Source of the DNA: Candidatus Aminicenantales bacterium
GTDB taxonomy: Bacteria; Acidobacteriota; Aminicenantia; Aminicenantales; JAFGAV01
Direction of reading: 5' to 3'
Assembly (NCBI GenBank): GCA_049697055.1
Contig: JBAVVA010000020.1
Location: 219 to 64,218, forward strand
Length of the DNA: 64,000 nt
Position numbers and translations under genes: made by a program. Positions within the stretch are counted from its first letter, which is position 1; each line of letters starts with the position of its first letter. The notes beneath the pieces were generated by a model that saw nothing but the letters and a program-made list of their open reading frames with translations, was not told where the DNA came from and did no database searches. Of the stretch, positions 1-8,656 are shown in pieces.

Positions 1-67
1 AATTCTTTACCGACATAGAAAATTCCGGAGGCCGCGGATGATTCCGGAAGGCTAGGAGGAGGCATCC

Positions 68-847
68 ATGGACTGGGGATTGAAAAACCGTCTGTCGCGC
101 ATCATCAAACCCGACACCGGCCGCACAGTCATGCTGGCCGTGGACCACGGCTACTTTCTCGGCCCCACCGCCGGCCTGGAGGTCCCCCGCCGGACCATCG
201 AGCCGCTCCTGCCCTACGCCGACTCGCTGATGCTGACCCGCGGGGTGCTGCGCACGTCGGTCCCCCCCGAAGCCGACATCCCCATCGTCCTCCGCGTCTC
301 GGGCGGGACGAGCATCCTGAGCGAGCTGTCCAACGAAGGGACGACCGTCTCCCTGAAGGACGCCGTCCGGCTCAATGTGGCGGCCGTGGCCCTGTCCATC
401 TTCGTCGGCTCGCCCTACGAGCGGCAGACCTTGCTCAACCTGGCCAACCTGGTCGACGAGGCCGAAGAATACGGGATCGCCGTCCTGGCCGTCACGGCCG
501 TGGGCAAAGACATGGTCCGCGACGCGCGCTACCTCGGCCTGAGCTGCCGCATCGCCGCCGAGCTGGGCGCCCATCTGGTCAAAACTTACTACTGCGAGGA
601 TTTCGAGACGGTGGTGGAATCCTGTCCCGTGCCGGTGGTCATTGCCGGCGGCAAGAAAACGCCGGAAAAGGAGGCCCTGGAGCTGGCGGCCAGCGCCGTC
701 CAAAGCGGCGCCGTGGGCGTGGATATGGGCCGCAACATCTTCCAGTCCGACTCGCCGGTGGCCATGATCAAGGCTGTGCGGGCCATCGTCCACCAGAAGA
801 AATCGGCCGCCGAGGCCTATGACCTATTCAGGCGCGAAAAGAAATGA
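68..847 (+). CDS. Class I (DhnA/FbaB-type, DeoC/LacD fold) aldolase; fructose-bisphosphate aldolase / ADH-synthase / LsrF-like
   Basis: 259 aa; RBS ctaggaggagg before ATG; 'TGRTVMLAVDHGYFLGP' N-terminus and Schiff-base lysine context 'GAHLVKTYY', 'VVIAGG' phosphate-binding stretch typical of archaeal-type class I aldolases. Confidence 0.7.
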   Translation: MDWGLKNRLSRIIKPDTGRTVMLAVDHGYFLGPTAGLEVPRRTIEPLLPYADSLMLTRGVLRTSVPPEADIPIVLRVSGGTSILSELSNEGTTVSLKDAVRLNVAAVALSIFVGSPYERQTLLNLANLVDEAEEYGIAVLAVTAVGKDMVRDARYLGLSCRIAAELGAHLVKTYYCEDFETVVESCPVPVVIAGGKKTPEKEALELAASAVQSGAVGVDMGRNIFQSDSPVAMIKAVRAIVHQKKSAAEAYDLFRREKK

Positions 848-896
848 GAGGGCCGGGCCAGCCCTCGCCATGATTCAGGGGACCGGGGAAAGAACC

Positions 897-1922
897 ATGC
901 GCGTAGCGATGTACTACCGCAACAGCGACATCCGTCTGGAGGAGAGGCCGATCCCGGCCATCGGCCCCGACGAGCTTCTGGTCAAGATCATGGCCAGCGG
1001 CATCTGCGGCAGCGACGTCCTGGAGTGGTACCGGATCAAGAAAGCGCCCCTCGTCCTGGGGCACGAAATTGCCGGCGTGGTGGAGGAGGCCGGGCCGAAG
1101 GTTTCCAAGTTTAAGCCCGGCGACAGGGTCTTCGTCTCCCACCATGTGCCCTGCAATACCTGTCCTTACTGTCTGGCCGGACATCAGACCGCCTGTCAAA
1201 CTCTCCACACCACCAACTTCGACCCGGGCGGGTTTGCCGAATATGTCCGCGTCCCGGCCCTGAACGTGGACCGCGGGACGTTGCTCCTGCCCGAGGAGCT
1301 CTCCTTCGAGGAGGGGACGTTCATCGAGCCTTTGGGCTGCGTGCTGCGCGGGCAGAGGGTGGCCGGCCTGGGGCCGGGTCTGACCGTTCTGGTCATCGGC
1401 AGCGGACTCTCCGGCCTGCTCCACATCAAGCTGGCCGTGTCCCGCGGGGCCGGCCGGGTGGTGGCCACAGACATCAGCCCCTTTCGATTGAAAATGGCCC
1501 GCTCCTGCGGCGCCGGCCACGTATTCCAGGCCGAGGAATTCAACGCCGAAAAGCTCAGGCAAGTCAATGAAGGCCGGCTGGCTGACCTGGTCATCCTATG
1601 CGCCGGGGCGCTCCAGGCCGCCCATCAAGCCCTGGCCTCCGTGGACCGGGGCGGGACGGTCCTCTTCTTCGCCGTCCCCCATCCCGACGACAAGCTCATC
1701 CTGCCGGCCAACGAATTCTGGCGGAATGAGATCACCCTGAAAACTTCTTACGCCGCCAGCCTCGACGATCTGGTCCAAACCGTCGCTCTCCTCCGCTTCA
1801 AACGGATCACTGTCACCGACCTCATCACCCATCGGCTTCCTCTGGCCGAGACGGGGTTGGGCTTCGACCTCACGGCCAAGGCCGGCAACTCAATGAAAAT
1901 CATCATAGAGCCCCAAAGATAG
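897..1922 (+). CDS. Zn-dependent medium-chain alcohol dehydrogenase (threonine/sorbitol dehydrogenase-like)
   Basis: Internal ATG at 897 preceded by ggggaaagaacc; 'GICGSD', 'GHEIAG', structural-Zn Cys cluster 'CNTCPYCLAGHQTAC', Rossmann 'VIGSGLSG'. Confidence 0.85.
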   Translation: MRVAMYYRNSDIRLEERPIPAIGPDELLVKIMASGICGSDVLEWYRIKKAPLVLGHEIAGVVEEAGPKVSKFKPGDRVFVSHHVPCNTCPYCLAGHQTACQTLHTTNFDPGGFAEYVRVPALNVDRGTLLLPEELSFEEGTFIEPLGCVLRGQRVAGLGPGLTVLVIGSGLSGLLHIKLAVSRGAGRVVATDISPFRLKMARSCGAGHVFQAEEFNAEKLRQVNEGRLADLVILCAGALQAAHQALASVDRGGTVLFFAVPHPDDKLILPANEFWRNEITLKTSYAASLDDLVQTVALLRFKRITVTDLITHRLPLAETGLGFDLTAKAGNSMKIIIEPQR

Positions 1923-1986
1923 ATAGGGAATATTTGAAATCATACAGGGATATGTACTTAATTCTCTGGAATTAGGTACGTATCCC

Positions 1987-3300
1987 TTAAGATCTTTGCC
2001 GCTCCATCCTCCGCACATCCAGCCCGCGCTCAAGAGCGCCCAGCCTGTACAAGCAAATTTCCCGCAGAGAAGAGGGGTGGTGGAGGACTTCGGATAGAGA
2101 TTGGCGGCCGGCGGCCCACACGCCCCCACCCCGCACCACGACCATTTTGTTATCTTGTAGAAGCCGGATGATATCGTCCGTTTTCGTCCCGGGGGGCACA
2201 ACGGGCACAACCGGATAGAGGAAACCGCCTTCCGCGTCAATGGCCGTGATGCGCTCGGCCGGCCGGCCCGTGGCCGGGTCAACCCAGTGCGCCTGAGCTT
2301 CGGCCTCCGGCAGATGGCAGTGCAGGAGGGTTTGGAAATCACTCCCGGCCAAGAGGGCCTTATGGCGGCTGATTTCGGGACCGTCGTTCGGCTGCGGATC
2401 GAGGGGAAGACAGAGAAGCGGCCCGGGAAGATCCCGGGGCATGGAGGCTTGGGGTGCCAAGAGCAGGTGCTTCGTCCTGCGCGCCGAAAGCGAACCGGTG
2501 TGAAAAGGCGAAAGGCGTGATTCGAAAATACGGGCGCCCGTCTTGATGAACTCGGCCCGCATCTCTTCCTCCTCCTGGAACTCACAGCCTGGCTCGCTCC
2601 CGGCTTCATAGGGATGAGGCTTGAAATCGAAGCAGGCCGCGGGGTCGTTTTGAATCTCGACCCTCAGCCGGTCCACGTCCACCTTCAATTTTTCCAGGAG
2701 ACGAACGATAAAACCCGAATTATTGGCTAGGCAGGCATGGAATAAAGCTTCCTGGAGCGTCCCCCCTCGGGTGAACACCCCATGAGCCTGGATCATGGCG
2801 GCGGGATAAACCGCCAGGCGGGAGGAAACAATTCCGGCCATCTCAGCGGAACCGCTGGGGACCCGGACCCAGTCCACGGGGATGAGACCCTTGAGATGGG
2901 TGAAGCCCAGAAGGTCCACGGGGACGAAAGGACGGGGGACGTTGGGCTTAGGCTCATCGTCCAGGGTGGCCACCAGGAGATCCTTGGTGTGGGCATGGAG
3001 CGAAGCGCTGACACCCGCCAGGCTGAGAATCCGGGCGTGGATGTTCGACTCCCTGGAAGCCCTGGACGATCTTAGGTCCGTTACAGGTAAGGGGAGGAAA
3101 CAGATCTGTCCAGGCTCCAGATCGCCCTTCTGGGACCCGGTGGCGGTAACGGCCATGACCTCCCGGCCGCCGGCCCCCCTGATTTTCAGAGCCATGTTGC
3201 CCGAATGGCTGTTCTGGATGTCGCCGAGAAGAGAAGCCCGCCCTATGGATTGAAACAGCTTTACGACTTCCCCGGTCGCCATCTGGCCAATAGGCTCCAT
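1987..3300 (-). CDS. Tandem class II aldolase/adducin-domain protein (fuculose-phosphate aldolase / ribulose-5-P 4-epimerase superfamily, duplicated domain)
   Basis: N-half has 'HSGNMALK', 'HAHT' metal site and 'HGVFTRGGTLQEALF'; C-half repeats the pattern ('FHTGSLSAR', 'LHCHLPE', 'RGGGVWAAGRQSLSEVL'). Confidence 0.55.
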   Translation of the reverse strand: MEPIGQMATGEVVKLFQSIGRASLLGDIQNSHSGNMALKIRGAGGREVMAVTATGSQKGDLEPGQICFLPLPVTDLRSSRASRESNIHARILSLAGVSASLHAHTKDLLVATLDDEPKPNVPRPFVPVDLLGFTHLKGLIPVDWVRVPSGSAEMAGIVSSRLAVYPAAMIQAHGVFTRGGTLQEALFHACLANNSGFIVRLLEKLKVDVDRLRVEIQNDPAACFDFKPHPYEAGSEPGCEFQEEEEMRAEFIKTGARIFESRLSPFHTGSLSARRTKHLLLAPQASMPRDLPGPLLCLPLDPQPNDGPEISRHKALLAGSDFQTLLHCHLPEAEAQAHWVDPATGRPAERITAIDAEGGFLYPVVPVVPPGTKTDDIIRLLQDNKMVVVRGGGVWAAGRQSLSEVLHHPSSLREICLYRLGALERGLDVRRMERQRS

Positions 3301-3464
3301 ATGTTCTCCCTCACCCGGAATGAGCGGCTCTCTTGAAATATATCTTTTTTGGAATTATCATTTCAATACAAAACTGGAAAGGAAGGAGGGCCTCCCGTGG
3401 ATCCTGTCGGGACTATTCAAGCCCCTGTCGCAAGAACCGCCGCTTATCTTATAAGGAAAAGCAA

Positions 3465-6400
3465 ATGAAAGAGCCGCGCCGTTTAGGCATTGTCATTGTC
3501 ACAGAAGAGAAATTCGGGGAAAAGAAGTGCCTTGGCCCCCGGGGCGCCAAGAAACCGGTCCTGGGGAAAGCCCTCATTTGGCTATGGTTGAGCCTCCTTT
3601 GCCTGACCCCGGCTCTTCAGGCCCAAGAGGAGCCTTTTCAGGTTCGACGCCTGGCCAACCAGGAAGGCCTGTCCCAAAACGCGGTGAATTGGATTATCCA
3701 GGACCGTAAAGGATTCATGTGGATCGGTACACAGGACGGGCTGAACCAATATGACGGTCTCCGCTTCACCGTCTATGCCTCCGACCCGGCGGATCCCAAC
3801 AGCCTTCCCGACGGCAATATCCTGGCCCTCCATGAAGACGGCCAGGGAAACATCTGGATCGGAACATTGGCGGGCGGGCTCAACCGGCTGGATCGGGAAA
3901 CTAGAAAGATAACAAGCTTTCGTCATGAACGAGGAAACCCCAACAGCCTGGCCAACGACCGAGTCACCTCCATTTGCGAAGACAACTCCGGCACCCTGTG
4001 GGTCGGCACTTACGGAGGGGGGCTCGACCGTTTTGACCCAGCTTCAAAAAAATTCACCCATTATCGGAACGATTTAAAAAATCCCAACAGCCTTATTAAT
4101 GACCGCATTAATTGCCTTATAAGGGACAGTTCCGGGCTGCTGTGGGTGGGCACCTTCGACGGCCTTGATCGATTCAACCCCGGCCCAGGAGAATTTGTCC
4201 ATTTCCGGCATGCCCCCCACGACGCCGCCAGCCTCAACGACAACCAGGTTGTGGCCATCTGTGAAGACCGCTCCGGCAACCTGTGGATCGGCACGGAAAA
4301 CGGAGGGCTCAACGAGTATATCCTCCGGGAAAAGCGTTTCATCAGTTTCGGGAATAACCCCCAGGATCCCCTGAGTTTCAGCACCAACAACATCCGCACC
4401 ATCTTTGAGGACTCCCGGGGGTTGATCTGGATCGGCACCAGAAGAGGAGGCTTGAGCCTGTTGAACCCGGAGACGCAGAAGGTCACCCGCTACCGATATG
4501 ATTCGAAGAACCCGAACGGCTTGAGCAGTGATGATATCCGTTTCTTTTATGAAGATAGGACGGGAATGATCTGGATCGGCACATTCGGCGGCGGCCTCAA
4601 TTGTTACAACCCCGCCAAAAAAGCGTTCATTCACTATACCCGCCAAGAGGGCGATCCACAGAGCCTGGCCGGCTATGCCGTTCGGGCCATTTACCAAGAC
4701 AGGTTGGGGAATTTGTGGATTGGGACATTCAACGGCCTGAACCGCTTCGACCCGAAAACGAAGCGATTCAATCTCTATCAATACAACCCGGGAGCCTCCC
4801 AGGGTTTGAGCAGCAACCTGGTTTATTGTATTACCGAAGACAGGCAGGGAGCTTTATGGGTAGGAACTCAGGGCGGCGGCCTCAACCGGTTTGATCCCAG
4901 GACGAACCTCTGGACTCGCTACCTTCATAATCCCAAAAATCCCGGCAGCCTCTCGGACGATATTGTCAACACTATTTTTTTTGATCGGGGCGGAGTGCTC
5001 TGGGTGGGGACTCTTTTGGGGCTGGACCGATTCGATCGCAGCAAAAACAGTTTTTCCCATTGCCAGAACGATCCGAATGACCCGGCCAGCTTGAGCGACA
5101 ATGACATCCGCGTTGTTTACGAAGATAGGTCGGGGAAGATGTGGATTGGGACCCGCAACGGCGGGCTCAATGCCTTCGACCGTTCTACTGGGAAATTCCG
5201 GCGCTATCTGCACGACCCGGAGAATCCCCAAAGCCTGAGCAACAACTGCATCTTCTGCATCTACGAAGACCGCTCGGGAATCATCTGGCTGGCCACCAGG
5301 GGCGGGGGGCTGAACCGCTTCAACCCGGCCACGGAAACCTTCAGCCATTATACGGTCAAGCAGGGCTTGCCCAACAACGTGGTCTACGGCATTCTCGAGG
5401 ATGACCCGGGGAATCTGTGGCTGTCCACCAACAGAGGGTTAGCCTGTTTCAACCCGAATACTCAAAAATTCAAGAAATACGACGTCCGGGACGGGCTGCA
5501 GAGCAATGAGTTCAATTTCGGGGCTTACTGCAAGACCAAAAACGGAGAGATGCTCTTCGGCGGCATCAACGGCTTCAACATCTTTCACCCCTCCGACCTC
5601 AAGGATAATCCTCATATTCCGCCGGTGGTGATCACGGATTTCCAGATCTTTAACAAGTCGGTCCCCCTAGGCCAGGGGCCGGGCGGGCGCCCCATCTTGA
5701 AAAAGTGCATCACCGAATCGGAAGCCGTCGCGCTTTCCTATAAAGAAAACGTTTTTTCTTTCGAATTCGCGGCCCTGGATTTCATCATGCCGGATAGGAA
5801 TGAGTACGCCTACAAGATGGACGGTTTCGAAAAAGATTGGAATTACGTGGGCCAACGGCATTTTGTGACCTATACGAATCTGCCGCCGGGCCGTTATGTC
5901 TTCAGGGCCAAGGGCTCCAACAACGATGGGGTCTGGAACGAAGAAGGCGCGGCCCTGAAGATCACCATCACCCCTCCCTTCACCCAGACGATTTGGTTCA
6001 GGGGCGGGGCCATCCTGGCCGGCCTCCTCCTCATCCTTTCTTACATCCAGCTGAGGACCCGGGCCATTCGGCAGAAAAATATCCAATTAGAAGAGAATGT
6101 TCAAGAACGCACCTCGGAGCTTCAGAAAGAAATCCAGGAGCGCCGGCAGGCCGAGCAGATCATACAGAAAGAAGCGGCCAAACTGGGAGCGATGATCTCG
6201 GGCATGGAAGAAGGGATCCTCTTGGCCGACCCTCATGATCAGATCCTGGAAGTCAACGGCTACTTCCTCAAGCTTTTGGGCAAGAAAAAGTCCGAGTTGA
6301 TCGGAAAGCCTCTTTGGGATTTCGACCCCTTCCAGGAAGCCGGCGATTTGAGGAAGGATATCCAGGAATTCAAGGAAAAGCCGAATTCCAGCGCCGTCGT

Positions 6401-8108
6401 CAAGGAAGCGCCCTTCCGCGGGCTGGAAACTATTTTCCGGCTTCAGCCGGTCTATCTCAACGGCCACTACGAGGGGTTTATTTTCAACCTGATTGATGTG
6501 ACCGAGCTGGTCCTGGCCAAGAAGGAAGCCCAGGCCGCCAGCCGGGCCAAGAGCGAATTCCTGGCCAACATGAGCCACGAGATCCGAACTCCCATGAACG
6601 GGATATTCGGAATGACCGAGCTGGCCCTGGGCACGGAGCTCACTCCGGAGCAGCGGGAGTACCTGGAAGCCATAAAGACTTCCTCCGAATCCTTGATGAA
6701 CATCATTAACGACATTCTCGACTTCTCCAAAATCGAGGCCAAAAAGTTCGAACTCGATCCCGTCCAATTCAATCTCCGGGACACGATCCATAACATTATT
6801 TCCGTTATGGCCATCCAGGCCGACAGGAAAGGCCTGGAACTGGCTTACTCCATTCCGCCGGATATTCCGGACCGGGTGATCGCCGATCCCGGACGACTCC
6901 GCCAAATCCTGACCAACCTCATCGGCAACGGCATCAAATTTACGGCCAAGGGAGAAGTGATTGTGACTTTGGAAAAAGGCGAGCAGACGCCCTCCGGCAC
7001 GTTGATCCATTTCAAGGTAAAGGATACAGGAATTGGAATCCCCCCGGTCAAACAAAAGATGATCTTCGACCCCTTCATGCAGGTGGACAGCTCCATATCG
7101 CGAAAATACGGGGGGACGGGCCTGGGCCTGGCCATCACCTCCCATCTGGTCGAGATCATGGGCGGAGAAATATGGGTGGAAAGCGAGCTCGGGCGAGGCA
7201 GCACTTTTCATTTCACCGTTCAGATGGGGCTGGCTCAGACTCCGGAGGTGGAGTTGAAACCCGTGGAATTCAAGGATATCAAGGACCTCAGAGTGCTGGT
7301 GGTGGACGACAACGCCACCAACCGGCAAATCCTTCAAGAGATGCTCACCAACTGGCAGATGCTGCCGGCCGCGGCGGAAAGCGGAATCCAAGCGCTGACC
7401 ATGCTGGAAAGCTCCAGCACCCTGGGCCAATCCTTTCCCCTTATTCTTCTCGACGCCAATATGCCCGAAATGGACGGCTTCACTTTTGCCCAGAGAATCA
7501 AACAGGATCCCCGATTTTCCAGCATTCTCATCATGATGATCAGTTCCGCCGGCATCCGCGGCGACGCCGCCCTCTGCCGGAAACTGGGTATTTCCGCCTA
7601 TCTGACCAAGCCGATCAAGCAATCGCTTCTTCTGGACGCCATCCTGCTGACGCTCGGAACGACCGCCGAAAAACAAGAAGCCCTGCCCTTGATCACCCGT
7701 CATTCTCTACGTAAAGCCGGCCGTCCCCTAAAAATTCTCGTGGCCGAAGACAACATCATTAACCAAAAGATGACCGAGCGCGTCCTCCAGAAATATGGTC
7801 ATAGCGTCAAGATTGCCCAAGACGGCGTTGAGGTGCTGTCCCTCCTGCCGACCGACACTTTCGACCTTATCCTGATGGACGTCCAGATGCCCAACCTGGA
7901 CGGCTGCCATACGACCATGGCCATTCGCCAAGAGGAGAAAAAAACGGGCACTCATATTCCCATTGTGGCCATGACCGCCCACGCCATGAAAGACGACAAA
8001 GAACGCTGCCTGGCCTCGGGCATGGATGATTATATCTCCAAGCCCATCAAGCCGGAATTCCTGATCGAAGTGATCAATCGGGTGATCGTGCGAAAAGAGA
8101 CCTTCTAG
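3465..8108 (+). CDS. Hybrid sensor histidine kinase with periplasmic double beta-propeller (two-component-regulator propeller repeats + Y_Y_Y), TM, coiled coil, PAS, HisKA, HATPase and two receiver domains
   Basis: Start at ATG 3465 (RBS aaggaaa). Signal-like 'LIWLWLSLLCLTPALQAQ'. More than 14 repeats of 'DxxGxLWIGTxxGLNRFD'. H-box 'HEIRTPMNGI'; G-boxes 'GNGIKFT', 'GGTGLGLAI'. Two REC domains (asp pockets 'LLDANMPEMDG', 'LMDVQMPNLDG'). Confidence 0.85.
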   Translation: MKEPRRLGIVIVTEEKFGEKKCLGPRGAKKPVLGKALIWLWLSLLCLTPALQAQEEPFQVRRLANQEGLSQNAVNWIIQDRKGFMWIGTQDGLNQYDGLRFTVYASDPADPNSLPDGNILALHEDGQGNIWIGTLAGGLNRLDRETRKITSFRHERGNPNSLANDRVTSICEDNSGTLWVGTYGGGLDRFDPASKKFTHYRNDLKNPNSLINDRINCLIRDSSGLLWVGTFDGLDRFNPGPGEFVHFRHAPHDAASLNDNQVVAICEDRSGNLWIGTENGGLNEYILREKRFISFGNNPQDPLSFSTNNIRTIFEDSRGLIWIGTRRGGLSLLNPETQKVTRYRYDSKNPNGLSSDDIRFFYEDRTGMIWIGTFGGGLNCYNPAKKAFIHYTRQEGDPQSLAGYAVRAIYQDRLGNLWIGTFNGLNRFDPKTKRFNLYQYNPGASQGLSSNLVYCITEDRQGALWVGTQGGGLNRFDPRTNLWTRYLHNPKNPGSLSDDIVNTIFFDRGGVLWVGTLLGLDRFDRSKNSFSHCQNDPNDPASLSDNDIRVVYEDRSGKMWIGTRNGGLNAFDRSTGKFRRYLHDPENPQSLSNNCIFCIYEDRSGIIWLATRGGGLNRFNPATETFSHYTVKQGLPNNVVYGILEDDPGNLWLSTNRGLACFNPNTQKFKKYDVRDGLQSNEFNFGAYCKTKNGEMLFGGINGFNIFHPSDLKDNPHIPPVVITDFQIFNKSVPLGQGPGGRPILKKCITESEAVALSYKENVFSFEFAALDFIMPDRNEYAYKMDGFEKDWNYVGQRHFVTYTNLPPGRYVFRAKGSNNDGVWNEEGAALKITITPPFTQTIWFRGGAILAGLLLILSYIQLRTRAIRQKNIQLEENVQERTSELQKEIQERRQAEQIIQKEAAKLGAMISGMEEGILLADPHDQILEVNGYFLKLLGKKKSELIGKPLWDFDPFQEAGDLRKDIQEFKEKPNSSAVVKEAPFRGLETIFRLQPVYLNGHYEGFIFNLIDVTELVLAKKEAQAASRAKSEFLANMSHEIRTPMNGIFGMTELALGTELTPEQREYLEAIKTSSESLMNIINDILDFSKIEAKKFELDPVQFNLRDTIHNIISVMAIQADRKGLELAYSIPPDIPDRVIADPGRLRQILTNLIGNGIKFTAKGEVIVTLEKGEQTPSGTLIHFKVKDTGIGIPPVKQKMIFDPFMQVDSSISRKYGGTGLGLAITSHLVEIMGGEIWVESELGRGSTFHFTVQMGLAQTPEVELKPVEFKDIKDLRVLVVDDNATNRQILQEMLTNWQMLPAAAESGIQALTMLESSSTLGQSFPLILLDANMPEMDGFTFAQRIKQDPRFSSILIMMISSAGIRGDAALCRKLGISAYLTKPIKQSLLLDAILLTLGTTAEKQEALPLITRHSLRKAGRPLKILVAEDNIINQKMTERVLQKYGHSVKIAQDGVEVLSLLPTDTFDLILMDVQMPNLDGCHTTMAIRQEEKKTGTHIPIVAMTAHAMKDDKERCLASGMDDYISKPIKPEFLIEVINRVIVRKETF

Positions 8109-8118
8109 CCGGAGGCCG

Positions 8119-8631
8119 TTAACCCAGTAAAATATTTTGAAGCGTCTGTTCGGCTTCTTTCATCCTGAAATCAACAACGGGCGCGGGGGGAAGGCCGAGA
8201 GAAGCGAGCAGGGAGGCCAGGATGGTCTCCCGGACGACAAGGAGCGTGGGCCCGGCCCGCACGGCCAAGGCCATGTCCAGCGCTTTCCGCACTCCGCCAC
8301 CCTGAAGCTCGAGGGGCCCCACCTCGTCCACGGCCAGGAGGCCGGTCAAGGGTGCCCGGCGAATGATCCCTACGGCCCGGCGCAGGCCTTGCGGAATAAG
8401 AAGGAAGGGACCGACCTTGGGCCAGCTCGGCCGGCCTTCTCTTCTTAAGAACGGCAGACGGCCGCCCGCCCCAAGGTCAACCAGGTCATATCCTTCAACC
8501 CTGCCCCCTGACCAAAGGGCCGGGGTCGCATAACCCCCGACCTGAAGACCGCCGTCTTGAAGCTTGGGGATGACTTTCCGGAGAAAGGTTGTCTTGCCCG
8601 CGTGGAGGGGACCGGTCAGGATCGCGATCAT
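8119..8631 (-). CDS. THEP1-like P-loop NTPase
   Basis: Internal ATG (MIAILTGPLHAGKTTFL = Walker A), 'LLAVDEVGPLEL' Walker B; ~170 aa as in the THEP1/NTPase_1 family. The longer upstream start would overlap the secretin by 140 nt. Confidence 0.5.
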   Translation of the reverse strand: MIAILTGPLHAGKTTFLRKVIPKLQDGGLQVGGYATPALWSGGRVEGYDLVDLGAGGRLPFLRREGRPSWPKVGPFLLIPQGLRRAVGIIRRAPLTGLLAVDEVGPLELQGGGVRKALDMALAVRAGPTLLVVRETILASLLASLGLPPAPVVDFRMKEAEQTLQNILLG

Positions 8632-8656
8632 ACTCGACCAATGGAACAGGGACCGA

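Noticed and set aside
6087-7703. 538-aa ORF on - strand
   Set aside because: Antisense to hybrid histidine kinase; artefact. The same reasoning covers 18312-19622, 31431-32537, 36937-37659, 38346-39167, 42278-43381, 43737-44696, 47763-48914, 50872-52263, 52890-53567, 57860-59152 and 60662-62017.
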